Assembly: GCA_963718355.1 (NCBI GenBank)
Contig: CAVQZA010000005.1
Span: 122,110 to 186,109, forward strand
Direction of reading: 5' to 3'
Length of the DNA stretch: 64,000 bases
Source: an uncultured Actinomycetes bacterium
Lineage (GTDB): Bacteria; Actinomycetota; Thermoleophilia; Gaiellales; Gaiellaceae
How positions within the stretch are numbered: the first letter of the stretch is position 1; every line of letters begins with the position of its first letter. Under the pieces are notes generated by a model. The model ran no database searches and was not told the DNA's origin. It saw only the letters and a program-made list of their open reading frames with translations. The position numbers and the translations under genes were made by a program. Below, one piece after another: positions 63,714 to 64,000 of this stretch.

Positions 63714-64000
63714 ATGCTTTACGCGATCTCCGGCGGCGCGGGATTCCTCGGCTTGCATCTCGCGAGGCGGCTCCTCGCCGACGGCCACAACGTCCGCACG
63801 CTCGACGTGGCGCCGCTGGACGACGCCGAGCTCGAGAGCTCCGTCGACGAGCTTCGCGGCGATATCCGCGATATCGACGCCGTGCGCAGGCTCGTCACCG
63901 GCGCCGACGTCGTCGTGCATGCCGCCGCGGCGCTGCCGATCCAGGCCTCGCGCGCACAGATCCGCTCGGTCAACGTCGGTGGCACCGAGAACGTCCTCGT
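63714..64000 (+). CDS. NAD-dependent epimerase/dehydratase family protein; 3' end lies outside the window
   Basis: Own translation from ATG 63714: MLYAISGGAGFLGLHLARRLLADGHNVRTLDV... (GxxGxxG Rossmann motif). Not in the ORF track because no stop falls inside the window. Confidence 0.7.
   Translation, partial: MLYAISGGAGFLGLHLARRLLADGHNVRTLDVAPLDDAELESSVDELRGDIRDIDAVRRLVTGADVVVHAAAALPIQASRAQIRSVNVGGTENVL

Noticed and set aside
63719-63985. 88-aa minus-strand ORF
   Set aside because: The plus strand encodes a clear Rossmann-fold epimerase N-terminus (GGAGFLGLHLARRL) from ATG 63714. The minus-strand ORF is its antisense shadow.

Overview
The window is a very GC-rich, densely coding chromosomal segment with about 70 genes and little non-coding DNA. 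It looks actinobacterial: an MMPL transporter, a SARP regulator, MarR/MFS pairs, a Streptomyces-like hopanoid cluster, many GTGA/ATGA stop-start overlaps and a probable leaderless gene. The taxon is a guess. I recognised no rRNA, tRNA, CRISPR array, transposase, integrase or phage gene.

Main blocks, in order:
1. A partial PLP acyltransferase, a membrane GGDEF-EAL protein, an MFS transporter, and a membrane/Ig/NodB deacetylase gene interrupted by an in-frame TGA.
2. An IclR-controlled sugar-acid uptake and catabolism island (8.1-20.4 kb).
3. A two-component system with an atypical receiver, next to a TasA-like / SipW-type signal peptidase / Ig-FN3 secreted-protein operon (20.4-25.7 kb). This is the best candidate for an uncharacterised system.
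4. An MMPL transporter, a cNMP-binding TrxR-like protein, SARP, and a MarR/MFS pair.
5. msrA, a frameshifted GAP-family gene, a sigma-70 gene and rpmE.
6. A translationally coupled operon of a beta-propeller lipoprotein, a UBP zinc finger and a DUF5996-like protein.
7. A small secreted Thr-rich peptide plus a YHYH protein.
8. Sulfite reductase, APS reductase and siroheme genes.
9. copA-csoR with a CsoR-type operator.
10. An eight-gene chain-coupled hopanoid cluster (hpnCDE-shc-hpnHG-ispH plus a degenerate YjbQ-like gene).
11. A membrane-protein module ending in a CopC-CopD fusion.

All functional calls come from motif and family recognition in the supplied translations. No searches were run. 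Many long Arg/Ala/Pro-rich ORFs in the track are alternative-frame artefacts of the high GC content.
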